A DNA stretch of 64,000 bases from Candidatus Poribacteria bacterium (GTDB lineage Bacteria > Poribacteria > WGA-4E > WGA-3G): contig OZ241845.1 in NCBI GenBank assembly GCA_965202725.1, positions 1,834,621 through 1,898,620 of the forward strand, in the 5' to 3' direction. Shown here in pieces: positions 1-9,428 of the stretch. The stretch's first letter is position 1. Each line of letters begins with the position of its first letter. Under the pieces are notes generated by a model. It was not told where the DNA came from. It did not search any database and saw only the letters and a list, made by a program, of their open reading frames with translations. Both the position numbers and the translations under genes were made by a program.

Positions 1-516
1 TATAACATCCACTGATACCGACAAATAGTATTGTGAGTAGTATTGAGAGCGTTCTGGTAATTTTCGACAACATGGGTTTATATCCTCCTGAGTTTATATT
101 ACATAGGACTTACGCAAAAGTGTAGCATTCGGTTTATCAGTGTGCGATCGGTGCGGCTATGAAACCTCACCTACCAGCGGGGTGCGTAAGTTCTATTATA
201 TTTGAACGCTGTAACGGATACATCCCTAAAAACGTTGACAGACTTCCATTAAATAATATCACAAAAATGGGGGGGATGCAAGACAAAATGATTGGGTTCT
301 AAGTTGTTGGTTATAAGTTATAAGTTAAGCAGTGGTTTTGACTCATAATCAAAGCAAAGGTATTCATGCCGGGGTCTGTAATCAACGGTATAAAGCCTTT
401 ACCGGGGTATGAAGCCCGTATGGACTTCACCGACTCTCATCAATCAGGAGTTGACAGCTGGCCTCGATTGTGATAGAATTATGAAAAAGACTTAAGGAAT
501 CAGACAGGGAAGCACA

Positions 517-1014
517 ATGAAAACGTTGCTTATTCTGCGGCACGCAAAATCGAGTTGGAAGCATCCAGAGATCTCTGATTACAACCGACCCCTTAACAGG
601 CGCGGTAAACGGGACGCCCCCCGTATGGGGACACACGTGCGTCAAGAAGGATTGGTGCCAGATTGTATCCTTACGTCATCGGCGAAACGCGCTCGAAAAA
701 CAGCGAATAAAGTAGCGAAAGCGTCGGGATACACAGGAAAAGTAAAAAAACTGGAGGCGTTTTACGCCAGCGTACCTGGGATTTACTTTGAAATACTACA
801 AAGCCTCCCAGATACATATCAATGTGTTATGGTCGTCGGACATAATCCGACAATGGAACAACTCGTGAATCATCTCACAGGACATATTAAACGAATGCCG
901 ACAGCAGCACTCGCCTGCATTGAACTGCCTATCGACCGCTGGAACGCACTTGATTTGTATACGAAAGGAACTTTAGTCAACTTATGGACTCCCAAAACGC
1001 TTTTCACGGATTAA
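517..1014 (+). CDS. sixA: Phosphohistidine phosphatase SixA-like (histidine phosphatase superfamily)
   Basis: 165-aa ORF with N-terminal 'LILRHAKS' (RHG-type catalytic motif) and an internal 'VVGHNP' His motif, typical of SixA/PGAM-branch phosphatases. Plausible RBS-like 'AAGGAAT' about 17 nt upstream. Confidence 0.65.
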   Translation: MKTLLILRHAKSSWKHPEISDYNRPLNRRGKRDAPRMGTHVRQEGLVPDCILTSSAKRARKTANKVAKASGYTGKVKKLEAFYASVPGIYFEILQSLPDTYQCVMVVGHNPTMEQLVNHLTGHIKRMPTAALACIELPIDRWNALDLYTKGTLVNLWTPKTLFTD

Positions 1015-2378
1015 TCAGCCCCTTTGCAAGGCTAACATTTTTCTTGTGTGTAGGGGCTTGTATCCTCTGTAGCACGGCATCGGCTGAAGTTGCCGTCTCA
1101 ACCGCGGTAGATGGGCAATTCCTGCCGTGGGTTGTAGACGATGGTGAAGGTGGCGTTATTGTTATGTGGGAGGACTATCGGACCGGGAAGGACTGGGATG
1201 TCTATGCACAGCGTGTTGATAGTGCAGGAAAGGCGCGTTGGGAGTGCAACGGATTAGCGGTATGCACAGCGGATAGAAACCAGCGACGGTTGCGAATGAT
1301 CCGATACGACAAGCACGCAATTGTTGTTTGGAACGATAGACGCGACAGGAGCAGCTGGGATATTTACGCGCAAGCGGTGACCCTGGACGGCTATGTCCTC
1401 TGGCAAACCGATGGTATCCCCGTCTGTGTGGATACTGCCGACCAATCGACCCAAGCGATTATGGGCGACGGTGAAGGCGGCGCTATCTGCGTCTGGGAAG
1501 ATGAACGCCGGAGTTCCGAATTTCAGGATCTGTATATCCAGCGGATGAGTGCTACAGGTGAACCGATATGGAAGGTCGATGGGATTCCCGTTTTTCCTTC
1601 AGAATCGTTGCAGAGCAATCCTATCCCCATTAGAGATACCAGAGGCGGGTTTTATATCGTTTGGTGGGACGTTATCGGCTACGAAGCATGGCATCTCAAG
1701 GCATATCGATTGCGTCTGGATGCGGAGCCGCTGTGGGAGGCTCCAATTTTCGTTACACCGACGACGGGCATGCAGGGGGAACCCCGGGGGATTGCCGATG
1801 GCGAAGGCGGGGTTATCGTCTTGTGGCAGGTCTATGAAAACTTCATCAACGATCAACTCTATGCGCAACGGATCGCCCCTGATGGCAGCAAAATGTGGCA
1901 AACAGATGGTATCCCTATCTGCACCGCTGTTGGCATCCAAAAACACGCCTCGATTGTCAGTGACGGGAGTGGTGGCTTTATCGCAGTGTGGCGGGATGAA
2001 CGTGATGTCTATTCTGACCTATATGCGCAGCACGTCCGCGCAGATGGAACACTCGCCTGGGAAAAAGACGGTATCCCTATCTGCACGGCAGGCGGTCATC
2101 AGGACAAGCCGTTCATCGTCCGAACTGATAACGATCTATTTTTCGTGGCATGGGTAGATTACCGAGAGGACTTCGGCGAAGAAAGCAGAGATGCTATCTA
2201 TGGACAGCAAATTGATTTATCAGGTACGCTGCTGTGGGAAGAAACGGGTGTGCCTATCTCTACCCGCAGCGGCGAGCACCATCCACCGTTCGTGACATCT
2301 ACTGGCACCGGGAAATGGGTTGTTGTCTGGAGCAACATGCAGGAAGATAAAGGTGATATTTATCTTGAGCGGTTTTAG
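984..2378 (+). CDS. Secreted repeat protein with about eight ~50-aa tandem units (likely beta-propeller-like)
   Basis: 464-aa ORF with a hydrophobic signal-like N-terminus (FFLCVGACILCSTASA). Recurring unit 'DGEGGxIxxWxDxR...D(I/L)YAQR...G...W...DGIP(V/I)C'. The start overlaps the sixA 3' end, so the exact start is uncertain. Confidence 0.5.
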   Translation: MDSQNAFHGLISPFARLTFFLCVGACILCSTASAEVAVSTAVDGQFLPWVVDDGEGGVIVMWEDYRTGKDWDVYAQRVDSAGKARWECNGLAVCTADRNQRRLRMIRYDKHAIVVWNDRRDRSSWDIYAQAVTLDGYVLWQTDGIPVCVDTADQSTQAIMGDGEGGAICVWEDERRSSEFQDLYIQRMSATGEPIWKVDGIPVFPSESLQSNPIPIRDTRGGFYIVWWDVIGYEAWHLKAYRLRLDAEPLWEAPIFVTPTTGMQGEPRGIADGEGGVIVLWQVYENFINDQLYAQRIAPDGSKMWQTDGIPICTAVGIQKHASIVSDGSGGFIAVWRDERDVYSDLYAQHVRADGTLAWEKDGIPICTAGGHQDKPFIVRTDNDLFFVAWVDYREDFGEESRDAIYGQQIDLSGTLLWEETGVPISTRSGEHHPPFVTSTGTGKWVVVWSNMQEDKGDIYLERF

Positions 2379-2412
2379 GTAGTGGATCGTCTACAGTTTT
2401 CTTTCAACACCT

Positions 2413-4287
2413 CTATACGGCACGCTTCATCTCAATCAGATGCGCCCCTTTTAATCCGGCGCGCACATCTTCATCATAACTCGTCACAACGATCTGATGT
2501 TCTTCAGCGAGTTGATGGATAAAATCCACCATCAACGCCTTCCGTTCGCTATCCAAATGGAGGGTTGGGTCATCGAATACAAAGAAACCAGGGTTGCCGA
2601 GGACATTGGAGAGGGCGACTTTGAAGCAGAGGTAGAGGAACATTTTTTCACTACCGCTCAGCAGCAGCAAGCTTCGGTCCACACCGTCTATGGTCAGGGA
2701 CGGGAGTAAGTGTTGGCGTTGGAGGTCTATACGGGTTTCGCCCCGGCTCCCGCGGCCCGTAGAAAAAAGCTCCATCTTTTTAAGCCAAAGATGGAGTTCT
2801 GTCTCAGCAGGGTCGAGAATCTGTCTCTGGAGGGCCGCGATGGTTTTATCAACGCCGGCACAGGCGAGTTCTAAGCTGACGCGTGTTTTCTCGATATGTG
2901 AGGCGTCCCTGTTTACGCGTTGAAGTGAAGTAAGTCTATCTAAGCGAACAGCCTCTTCTTGCTTAAGCTTGTCAAGGTGTTTCCGTTCGTGATCAATCTG
3001 CGCCTTCAATTTGGATTTGTCAAGGGGTGTAGAGGTTTCAGCAGGTTGTGTCTCACTTTGTGGGATACCTCTTTGGCTCAACCGCGCTGTGAGGGTATCG
3101 AGTTCGTTCTGAACAGTTTTAATTTCTCTATCACACTGTTGAAATTGCGTCGCTCCGGCTTGCAGCATCTTAAGCCGCTGTTCGAGTTCACGTCGACTTT
3201 TCAAATTATCAGTTTCTGTTTCCAGTAACTGCTTGTGCGCCTCAAGCGCAGCGCAGAATTTCGATCTTTCCAGCCCCTTCTCGTCAATAATCCGTTGGAT
3301 GACCTCCTGTTCTACCTCTTGGTAACACGTTGGGCAGTGTTGATCTTCGCCTTCAATGAGGGCTTTGAGGGTATTACAGACGTTTGTCAAGGCTGTAATT
3401 TGGGATTCAAGTCGTCCGATTTGCTGTATGAGTTTCTCCCGGCTTTCTTCTAATCCCGAGGCTTTTTGAATAGCAGTCTCAATTGTAGCTTTCATTTTCT
3501 GAAGGTGCGCAACATCTGTGAAACCGCTTAAGGCTTCCTTTTGCAGGCGTGTGAGTGTTTTAAGCTGGGTGTTTAAACGATTCTGGTGTTGTATCCATTC
3601 AGCAATGCGTTCGGCATCCCCTGTATCCTCGCCGTAGGCTGCTTCCAGGCCTTTTAATTTTTCTTCGATTCGCGCGATCTCAGTTTTGTGGTCGTTTCGA
3701 GCATTGAAGCGGAGGCTGTTTTGATATGCACGGATCCTTCCTTGTTCACGTTTCGCGATCCGACGGGCATCAATGAATTGTTCCCGGACCTCTATTAGCC
3801 TATCAATACCGAGGAGCGTATGCAGGATGTCGCGGCGCGTGGTGGATGGGCGTGCGAGGAATTCAAAGATTTCGCCTTCACGGAGAAAGGTGGTGAGCGC
3901 GAGCTGCTCGTGCCTGATCCCAAATCGATCTTGCAGCAGTGTTTCTGTCGCTTTGATACGTTTATCATCAAAAAGGACATGCCACCCGTCGTTTTTTTCC
4001 GACCGAAGTTGGAGGCGTTTTGCGGTTGCCCGATAGAGTTGGTAACGTTCGCCGTCAGCGACGAATTGGAGTCCGGCTGTGCCGCTATAGGCTTTCGCGT
4101 GCTTTATGGCTGAGCTATCCACGCGTGGCACAATCGGTTTGCCGGTTAGCGTGAAAAAGATGGCGTTAACGAGCGTGCTTTTCCCACTGAAGTTGGGACC
4201 GAAGACGAGATTAATACCGCTATGAAGTTCAAAATCTTGCTGTTGGAAACATCCGAAAGTTTTAAGACGAACCCGCTCTAAGCGCAT
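2413..4287 (-). CDS. SMC/Rad50/SbcC-like ABC ATPase with coiled coil and CxxC zinc hook
   Basis: Walker A 'GPNFSGKSTLVNAI', a long heptad-rich central region containing 'CPTCYQEV', C-terminal ABC signature 'LSGSEKMFL' and Walker B 'FFVFDDPTLHLD'. Start chosen at the internal Met 'MRLERVRLKTFGCF', which directly follows the stop of the upstream small ORF. Confidence 0.65.
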   Translation of the reverse strand: MRLERVRLKTFGCFQQQDFELHSGINLVFGPNFSGKSTLVNAIFFTLTGKPIVPRVDSSAIKHAKAYSGTAGLQFVADGERYQLYRATAKRLQLRSEKNDGWHVLFDDKRIKATETLLQDRFGIRHEQLALTTFLREGEIFEFLARPSTTRRDILHTLLGIDRLIEVREQFIDARRIAKREQGRIRAYQNSLRFNARNDHKTEIARIEEKLKGLEAAYGEDTGDAERIAEWIQHQNRLNTQLKTLTRLQKEALSGFTDVAHLQKMKATIETAIQKASGLEESREKLIQQIGRLESQITALTNVCNTLKALIEGEDQHCPTCYQEVEQEVIQRIIDEKGLERSKFCAALEAHKQLLETETDNLKSRRELEQRLKMLQAGATQFQQCDREIKTVQNELDTLTARLSQRGIPQSETQPAETSTPLDKSKLKAQIDHERKHLDKLKQEEAVRLDRLTSLQRVNRDASHIEKTRVSLELACAGVDKTIAALQRQILDPAETELHLWLKKMELFSTGRGSRGETRIDLQRQHLLPSLTIDGVDRSLLLLSGSEKMFLYLCFKVALSNVLGNPGFFVFDDPTLHLDSERKALMVDFIHQLAEEHQIVVTSYDEDVRAGLKGAHLIEMKRAV

Positions 4288-4288
4288 A

Positions 4289-4495
4289 TCAGAGGTCCTT
4301 CTTCTTATGAATGAGGTCGTAAAGCATTTGGGATCGGACCTTCTCGCGCCCATGTGTCAACGTAAATTCAAATGCTTGCACAATCGCCTCAATCTCAGTG
4401 ATACCTAAGGTTCGATATTTTTCCTCGCGCCCAATAAGGGCATCAATTTCTTTTCTGTAGATATTCAACGTTTCATTTTCAAGGGAAATGTCCAT
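4289..4495 (-). CDS. Small hypothetical protein (68 aa), tightly coupled to the downstream ATPase gene
   Basis: Its stop codon abuts the start of the SMC-like ATPase gene. No recognisable motifs. Confidence 0.3.
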   Translation of the reverse strand: MDISLENETLNIYRKEIDALIGREEKYRTLGITEIEAIVQAFEFTLTHGREKVRSQMLYDLIHKKKDL

Positions 4496-4600
4496 ATTGG
4501 TGCCTTTCTGGTGAAGGTGGCAATTGTAAAAATTAAGGGCTATGGTATATGTTTACAGCCGATCTCATAAATAGTTAGCGTACTGCTAAACGGGAACTTT

Positions 4601-4948
4601 TTATGGAAGAAACCTCTTTTCCGCGATTGCCTCGCGAAATGCGGGTACTCCCCACCTGATGCTATATTGGTTATATCCTTCTTGGATTGCCTCAATCGCG
4701 GAGGCTTTGACTTCGGGAGGAGGTTGATATGCTGGCGCGTACTGGAACAAGTTAATAGCGTTGTGGCGTATGCAGAGCTGCGTCATACCACGGATGACGG
4801 ACTCGGTAAACTGGACCGAAAAGTCCTCAGTCTTATTACCAGCACCTTCATCAAGTGGCATGTATAGCACAAGCCCTTCGAGCAAATCAGCAGCCGCGAA
4901 AGGACTACACACTAAGACGAGGCCTAAGACAATAAAGAGTCGTTTCAT
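4601..4948 (-). pseudogene. Chimeric ORF: signal peptide plus LamG-like start fused in frame to a class-I aminotransferase N-terminal remnant
   Basis: N-terminal 'MKRLFIVLGLVLVCSPFAAADLLEGLVLYMPLDEGAGN' resembles a secreted LamG-type start. C-terminal 'EAIQEGYNQYSIRWGVPAFREAIAEK' resembles aminotransferase N-termini, but no downstream continuation exists. Confidence 0.25.
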
Positions 4949-5080
4949 AAGTTACCTCCGTATAGATAGCTATGCCTATAATAATACCACACATCGTGGT
5001 GAGTGTCAATATAGATGTGCATTTTTTTCGCACTTTTTTACCTGCCCAACCTTGCCAGCGGAGAGGGGGTGTTTTTGGGT

Positions 5081-5917
5081 TTATTGGAAGAGTTGCCAAC
5101 TTCTGCCGGGTAGGTCGGCGAGGAAGACCTCAACGTTCCCCCTATCTGCCAGTGTGACGTAGCAGGTACGTCCATCCTGACCGCCGAAAGCGATATTCGA
5201 GCAGAGCTTTCCTGTCAATTCTACTTCCAATAGGACCTCACCTGAGGGTGAGAGTTTCGCGACTGTCCCTTTGCCGTGTCGCGTGACATAGAGATTGCCT
5301 TCAACATCGCATCGCATTCCGTCCATATTGAAATCGGGAAACTGAATCAGCAAACGTTTGTTGCTGATCTCCCCTCCGGGCGAGAGGTCATAAGCCCAGA
5401 TGTTGCGTTGTGCAGATTCGTTGACATATAGCGTCTTTTCATCAGGACTTACTTCAATCCCGTTCGTAGTTCCCATGTCTGGTTCCAAGAGTGTCACCTT
5501 TCCATCGGTATCCACCCGCCAGATTTGTCCGGTTGACTCTGCCCAATTTGGGTCACTGGCATAGAGGATATCGTTTGCGCCGATAGCAAGGTCGTTAGGT
5601 TGATTCATCGTAGGTTCATGGGCATGCACGCTAATCTCCCGCGTATCCATATCAACTTTTAAGACATTATGATTGGTGTAATCAGCGATGAACATAAAAC
5701 CTTTGCTGTCAAAGCGGATGCCGTTACCGATGCTACCGGTCGGTAACTCCACGAAAACGCTGGCAGTGCCATCGGGTGTTACCTTACCGATAGTGTGTTG
5801 TCTGGCATAATTGACGGCATATAAGTTGCCATCTGCGTCACAGGCGGGGCCTTCGATGCCAGATGTGAACCCGTTGACGGGTGTAAACGCCTGAGCGACA
5901 AAAACTTCCTCGTTCAT
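5081..5917 (-). CDS. SMP-30/gluconolactonase/LRE-like six-bladed beta-propeller hydrolase
   Basis: 278 aa. Repeated 'DxxGNLY...D...G' blades ('DADGNLYAV', 'DSKGFMFIAD', 'NDLAIGANDILYASD', 'CDVEGNLYVT') typical of the SGL family. Confidence 0.65.
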   Translation of the reverse strand: MNEEVFVAQAFTPVNGFTSGIEGPACDADGNLYAVNYARQHTIGKVTPDGTASVFVELPTGSIGNGIRFDSKGFMFIADYTNHNVLKVDMDTREISVHAHEPTMNQPNDLAIGANDILYASDPNWAESTGQIWRVDTDGKVTLLEPDMGTTNGIEVSPDEKTLYVNESAQRNIWAYDLSPGGEISNKRLLIQFPDFNMDGMRCDVEGNLYVTRHGKGTVAKLSPSGEVLLEVELTGKLCSNIAFGGQDGRTCYVTLADRGNVEVFLADLPGRSWQLFQ

Positions 5918-6058
5918 TTTCTAGCTCCTTATACCATTTCTGAAACGGAACAAGATTGCACAAACCCACAGCTTGTGCCACAAGTTTAGAATTAATTGGA
6001 CGGTGTGATCGGCAGGATTAGGAAACCGCGAAGAAAACCTAAGCAAAACCTACCGGGT

Positions 6059-7237
6059 TTAGGGACCTTTTGTGGAACAGAGCACCAAAACACCGGTATA
6101 GGCGTGTGCAAAGTTCCGTCCACCAATCGGGGCAAACTCTGAGTTTCCAAAAAATCCGATAATGGGGAGTCCCGGAAATCTATCTTGGATAGCGCCGATG
6201 TCGTGATTCGCGGCTCCGTAGAGCCCTTTCCCGCGCCCGAGACAATTAAAATAGAGTCCGAATGCGGGGGGTTGCGTGTGCGTTTTCTCTTCTAACTGTG
6301 TAATGATCGCCCGGATTTCTTCAGCTGCTGCGGCTGAATTCCGAAGATGGAACTGCACCAACTGTCCCTCTGTGACCTCCTCGGATACGGCGATTGCGGC
6401 GTGTTCCTCATTAACCCCAACCAGATTACGGATCAGGAAATCACCCCGTGTCGGTTCTCTGTTCTCAGCGTCCATTGCAATACCGACGAAAACGGTACCA
6501 CCGGATCTACGAATATCATCTTGCGTTAGGAGTTGCAACGTTCGTTTAAAGTTTTCTAATGCCGGTTCACCGTCTAACTCAAAGATGACGCGCCCTTCGA
6601 CTTTTGTCACCTCTTTGGGTTTCCCAATGGGCTGGCACCCTTGTGCAACGCCAATCTCTGCAGTGAGATTCCCTGTCAGCAGAATCCCCGTGACACCGCG
6701 CTCCGTTGCCTGCTCGCCTTTCCAATGGTACATCTGTGCGCCGGTCGCATCGCCTGAAACAGCAGCACCGACGATAGGGAGTGCAGTACCATCGCTCCCA
6801 ATCTGACTGACGAGTTCTACGGGATTTATTGCGCGGATATCTGGAAAAATTACGAGCAGTGAGTCGCCCCGTATTTTAGGGTGGATCCGCTCCTGAATTT
6901 GGGCACCTATCTCTGATTCTGTACCTTGTGCAGCGAACGATATAGCAGAAAGTTCCGCAGCGCGGATGACCATGACAGCGATAGCCGGTTCACCTTCAAA
7001 CTCACCCGCTGAGGTTAAGACGCTCATCCCGCTACAGCCGATAAGTTCATCGCTGCTGGAGTTCGCTTGAACGGCCTCGTATAACTCGCGATATTCTGCT
7101 TGGTAATTAATGGTTGCGAACACAATGGCAAGATCGGCTTTGGCAATACCTGCATTTCCCATAGCCATGCGTGTCGCACGTTCCGCTGCTTCCATAGTGG
7201 AAAGGCTTTGTGAGTGGCCTACACCTACATGTATCAT
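6059..7237 (-). CDS. FIST N/C-domain sensory protein
   Basis: 392 aa. The N-terminus 'GVGHSQS...EAAERA...LAIVFAT' matches the FIST_N pattern, and the C-terminal half resembles FIST_C. Confidence 0.5.
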   Translation of the reverse strand: MIHVGVGHSQSLSTMEAAERATRMAMGNAGIAKADLAIVFATINYQAEYRELYEAVQANSSSDELIGCSGMSVLTSAGEFEGEPAIAVMVIRAAELSAISFAAQGTESEIGAQIQERIHPKIRGDSLLVIFPDIRAINPVELVSQIGSDGTALPIVGAAVSGDATGAQMYHWKGEQATERGVTGILLTGNLTAEIGVAQGCQPIGKPKEVTKVEGRVIFELDGEPALENFKRTLQLLTQDDIRRSGGTVFVGIAMDAENREPTRGDFLIRNLVGVNEEHAAIAVSEEVTEGQLVQFHLRNSAAAAEEIRAIITQLEEKTHTQPPAFGLYFNCLGRGKGLYGAANHDIGAIQDRFPGLPIIGFFGNSEFAPIGGRNFAHAYTGVLVLCSTKGP

Positions 7238-7530
7238 TTCTTCCCTCCCGCTTTTTATGACACATGATATAGTATCGACGAGAAAAAGTCAATATATAGG
7301 TTATAAAGTTATAAGTTAAGAACCCAGATTTGGAGATCTGTACTATAGGAGCCGCAAAGCCTGGGTGTATCCGAAAAAAAACAGATGCATGGAACACGCA
7401 TATATGGTATAATAGTTATTGTTATGAAATCCGACGGTTGAATTTACAAGAGTTGAATTTACAAGAATCGAATTGGCTTGTGTTAGTATTCAGTGAATAT
7501 AGAAGACCCGTAAACTGGAGGAAAACGGAT

Positions 7531-8397
7531 TTGTCAGCTGAACTCCTTAATGGCACTCGTCTTGCAAAGCAGATCCGGAGCCAGATCCGGCGGCAGCTTA
7601 AAAAACTCACATTCACCCCCGGGCTTGCAGTCGTCCAAGTAGGGGATGACCCGGCATCAACACTCTACATCAAACATAAACAACGTGATTGTGAGAAAGT
7701 TCATTTCCATTCCGAAGTTCATCGGCTATTAGCAGATGTCAGTCAAAGTGCGCTCATAGCACATATTCAAACGTTGAACGACCGCTCCGATATTCACGGA
7801 ATGTTGGTGCAAATGCCGCTGCCGGAAACGATAGATAAAGAGGCTGTTATTGATAACATCGACCCAGATAAAGATGCTGACGGTTTAACGCCTGTCAATT
7901 TAGGAAATTTGCTCATCAACCGCGAGGGGGTGACCCCGTGTACACCGACTGGAATTATCCGTCTCATTGAACTGACGGGTGAAGCGCTCGAAGGCAAACA
8001 TGCCGTATGCGTCGGCAGGAGCCCGCTTGTTGGCAAACCTGTTGGGTTAATGCTCCTCAACCGTAATGCGACCGTTACCTATTGCCACTCCCGAACCCCC
8101 GACCTTGCAGTGCAGACGCGAAAGGCGGACCTCCTCATTGTGGCTATGGGTAGCCCTGAATTTATCACCGCGGATATGGTGAAACCGGGGGCTACAGTTG
8201 TTGATGTCGGTATTAATCACAGAAATGGGCGCGCTATCGGGGATGTCAAATTTGAGGAAGTCAAAGATGTGGCTAAATTTATTACACCCGTTCCAGGGGG
8301 AGTCGGCCCGATGACGCGCGCAATGTTATTAGAAAACACTTTAAAATTAGCAATTGGAGGTCAGCATAGTGGCATTTCCAGTTACTCATCCTCCTGA
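7531..8397 (+). CDS. folD: Bifunctional methylenetetrahydrofolate dehydrogenase/cyclohydrolase FolD
   Basis: Conserved FolD blocks 'ILVGDDPASxxYV', 'DADGLTPVNLGNL', 'TPCTPxGI', 'GRSxLVGKPV' and 'PVPGGVGPMT'. Start assigned to TTG at 7531 with GGAGG 8 nt upstream. The ORF tool's longer N-terminal extension has no support. Confidence 0.85.
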   Translation: MSAELLNGTRLAKQIRSQIRRQLKKLTFTPGLAVVQVGDDPASTLYIKHKQRDCEKVHFHSEVHRLLADVSQSALIAHIQTLNDRSDIHGMLVQMPLPETIDKEAVIDNIDPDKDADGLTPVNLGNLLINREGVTPCTPTGIIRLIELTGEALEGKHAVCVGRSPLVGKPVGLMLLNRNATVTYCHSRTPDLAVQTRKADLLIVAMGSPEFITADMVKPGATVVDVGINHRNGRAIGDVKFEEVKDVAKFITPVPGGVGPMTRAMLLENTLKLAIGGQHSGISSYSSS

Positions 8398-8436
8398 AAA
8401 CGTTCGCCTGCCAGCAGGAAATTGGAGGTCAGCATA

Positions 8437-9201
8437 GTGGCATTTCCAGGATTTGCGTTGAAAGATAAAGTGATGTTAGTAACCGGTTCCGGAAAAGGTA
8501 TCGGTAGAGGGATAGCGATAGCGGCTGCAGAGATGGGAGCAAAAGTCATTTTGAACAGTCGCACGCCGGCGGATCTTGAGGAAGTTGCAAGCGAAATCCG
8601 ATCCACCGGTGGTGAAGCAGCGTCCGTCGTATTTGACGTTAGCGATATGGCACAAATCACTAAAGGCGCGCAAGAGGCGATGGATACATGGGGACGCGTG
8701 GACATCCTCGTCAACAATGCCGGTACCAACCGTCCAAAACCGGCACTTGAACTCACTGAGGAAGATTGGGATGCAATCTACGACCTCAATCTGAAAGGGT
8801 TGTTCTTCTTGACGCAGACGCTTGTCAAACCGATGATCGTGCGCGAGAGCGGTAAGGTTATCAACATCTCTTCGACGATGGGGTTGGTGGGTGGCCCGCT
8901 GCGGACAGCATATTCGGGGAGTAAAGGCGGTGTCGTTCTACTGACGAAAGGGCTTGCAGTTGAATGGGCACCTCATAATGTTACGGTAAATGCTGTAGCA
9001 CCGGCGTTTACCCGCACACCCCTTGCGGATGTCCTCTTGCAGCGCACAGAATTCTATGAAGACGTTGTTCGGCGCATCCCCATGGGACGTGTTGGGGAGG
9101 TAGACGAGGTAGTCGGTGCAGTGTTGTTCTTAGCCTCAGATGCAGCAAATTGGGTAACTGGCCAAACAATCGCCGTCGATGGCGGTTGGGTTGCATGGTA
9201 A
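8437..9201 (+). CDS. SDR-family oxidoreductase (FabG-like 3-oxoacyl reductase)
   Basis: 'KVMLVTGSGKGIGRGIA' Rossmann motif, 'NNAG', and the catalytic 'YSGSKGG' (YxxxK) motif. Start assigned to GTG with GGAGG 6 nt upstream. Confidence 0.8.
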   Translation: MAFPGFALKDKVMLVTGSGKGIGRGIAIAAAEMGAKVILNSRTPADLEEVASEIRSTGGEAASVVFDVSDMAQITKGAQEAMDTWGRVDILVNNAGTNRPKPALELTEEDWDAIYDLNLKGLFFLTQTLVKPMIVRESGKVINISSTMGLVGGPLRTAYSGSKGGVVLLTKGLAVEWAPHNVTVNAVAPAFTRTPLADVLLQRTEFYEDVVRRIPMGRVGEVDEVVGAVLFLASDAANWVTGQTIAVDGGWVAW

Positions 9202-9223
9202 CTCCGATTCCCCCGAAATGGTA

Positions 9224-9252
9224 GGCGCGGTCTCTGACCGCGCTATTTTTTT
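9224..9252 (+). terminator. Rho-independent terminator after the SDR gene
   Basis: GC hairpin 'gcgcggtc tct gaccgcgc' followed by T8. Confidence 0.5.
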
Positions 9253-9428
9253 TCGTAAACCTTTTAGGACTCAATAGCGTTTATTACACATCAATGGGTT
9301 CTTTGAAGAAAATTTGCTTCAAATTCACTAAAATAAAAGACACTTGACATATCATAGCAAGGTTTAGAATTAATTGGACACGCTGCATCGGCGAGGTTAG
9401 GGAATCTCGCCCACCGGAGGCATGAAAA

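Noticed and set aside
1549-2157. Overlapping ORFs 1549-2157(+), 1254-1454(-) and 1599-1946(-) inside the repeat-protein gene.
   Set aside because: They are alternative frames of a long ORF with a clear repeat architecture. They have no independent signals.
6276-6806. Plus-strand ORFs inside the FIST gene. Similar antisense or embedded ORFs occur within folD, the SDR gene, the lipoprotein gene, Kef, mutS2, dnaG and rpoD.
   Set aside because: They are embedded in or antisense to well-supported genes, with biased composition and no RBS. Treated as noise.
7330-7530. The long N-terminal extension of FolD proposed by the ORF track, starting at 7330.
   Set aside because: The extension has no similarity to FolD. 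The conserved FolD N-terminus (LLNGTRLAKQI...) begins at a TTG with an upstream GGAGG, and the ORF tool treats any TTG or GTG as Met.
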